64,000 bases of DNA from Pristiophorus japonicus (lineage: Eukaryota). The DNA lies in NCBI RefSeq assembly GCF_044704955.1, contig NC_091982.1, positions 131,998,001-132,062,000 of the forward strand. The letters run 5' to 3'. The notes beneath the pieces are model-generated. The model searched no databases. It saw only the letters and a list, made by a program, of their open reading frames with translations, and had not been told where the DNA came from. Positions 63,201 through 64,000 of the stretch are shown one piece after another (the first letter of the stretch is position 1; every line of letters begins with the position of its first letter). Made by a program: the position numbers and the translations under genes.

Positions 63201-64000
63201 TCGGGGTTCCGGGCTCAGCATTCCTGGGGCTCAGCGTTCCCGGGGCTCGGGGTTCCCGGGGCTCGATGTTCCTGGGGCTCGGCGTTCCAGGGGCTCGGGG
63301 TTCCCGGGGATCGGCGTTCCAGGGGCTCGGGGTTCCCGGGCTCAGCGTTCCTGGGGCTTGGCGTTCCCGGGGCTCGGGGTTCCCGGGGCTCGGGGTTCCC
63401 GGGGCTCGGGGTTCCGGGCTCAGCATTCCTGGGGCTCAGCGTTCCCGGGGCTCGGGGTTCCCGGGGCTCGGGGTTCCCGGGGCTCGATGTTCCTGGGGCT
63501 CGGCGTTCCAGGGGCTCGGGGTTCCCGGGGATCGGCGTTCCAGGGGCTCGGGGTTCCCGGGGCTCGGGGTTCCCAGGGCTCAGCGTTCCCGGGGCTCGGG
63601 GTTCCCGGGCTCGGGGTTCCCAGTGCTCGGGGTTCCCGGGGCTCGGGGTTCCCAGTGCTCGGGGTTCCCGGGGCTCGCCGTTCCCGGGGCTCGGGGTTCC
63701 CAGTGCTCGGGGTTCCCGGGGCTCGCCGTTCCCGGGGCTCGGGGTTCCCGGGGCTCGGGGTTCCCGGGGCTCGGCGTTCCCGGGGCTCGGGGTTCCCGGG
63801 GCTCGCCGTTCTCGGGGCTCGGGGTTCCCAGGGCTCGGGGTTCCCAGGGCTCGGGATTCCCGGGGCTCGGGGTTCTCGGGGCTCGGGATTCCCGGGGCTC
63901 GGCGTTCCCGGGGCTCGGGGTTCCCGGGGCTCGGCTATCCCAGGGCTCAGGGTTCCCAGGGCTCGGGTTTCCCAGGGCTCAGGGTTCCCAGGGCTCGGCG
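57261..64000. repeat. GC-rich 16-bp satellite, consensus CGGGGTTCCCGGGGCT (15-bp variants common), ~425 copies, continues right of the window
   Basis: Directly visible. The 16-aa repeat GTPSPGNPEPREPRAP in minus-strand ORFs equals 3x16 bp. Consensus is 81% GC with no A on the + strand. Confidence 0.98.
59240..64000. repeat. 2,662-bp offset duplication within the 16-bp satellite
   Basis: Rare marker CGGTCCTCGG at 59,571 and 62,233; ORFs 60317/62979, 60396/63058 and ends 60164/62826 are all offset by 2662. Confidence 0.9.

Noticed and set aside
57665-63426. Pro/Gly/Arg-rich ORFs up to 518 aa (collagen-, mucin- or herpesvirus-repeat-like)
   Set aside because: The 16-bp unit is not a codon multiple and 15-bp variants shift frame freely. 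The GC-rich unit simply lacks stops; there is no Gly-X-Y register and no viral genes nearby.
53325-64000. Telomeric repeat or telomere junction
   Set aside because: G-rich, but no (TTAGGG)n tract is present. GTAGGG occurs only as part of the 11-bp unit.

Overview
Eukaryotic, almost entirely non-coding window, probably from a vertebrate and most likely a cartilaginous fish (inferred only from the CR1 LINE fragment). About 97% is tandem repeat, in four arrays. (1) 1-53,324: ~2,200 copies of a 24-bp satellite (GTACAGAGTAGACACATTGTTCAG, ~42% GC) with nested higher-order duplications (offsets 120, 288, 478, 727, 813, 1247/1415, 2792, 3051/3171/4374, 7447, 9194-9196 and 33,151 bp). (2) 53,325-54,951: a GT-rich 11-bp repeat (GTGTGTACGGA). 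(3) 55,334-56,362: exactly 31 copies of a 33-bp minisatellite, inside what looks like a non-autonomous interspersed element with internal hairpins. (4) 57,261 to the end: an 81%-GC 16-bp satellite (CGGGGTTCCCGGGGCT) with a 2,662-bp duplication. Between (3) and (4) lies a decayed 3' fragment of a CR1 LINE (ORF2 C-terminus plus 3' UTR). I found no supportable intact gene, RNA gene, CRISPR array or new protein-coding system: the long ORFs are by-products of stop-free repeat units. The most interesting signals are structural: the duplication history, an 11+13 internal structure linking the 24-mer to the adjacent 11-mer, clustered multi-base mutations, satellites apparently seeded inside interspersed repeats, and (speculatively) 12-RSS-like and SOX/DMRT-like motifs in the 24-mer. 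Offsets were read from matching markers and ORF-track coordinates; block boundaries are approximate (about one monomer).
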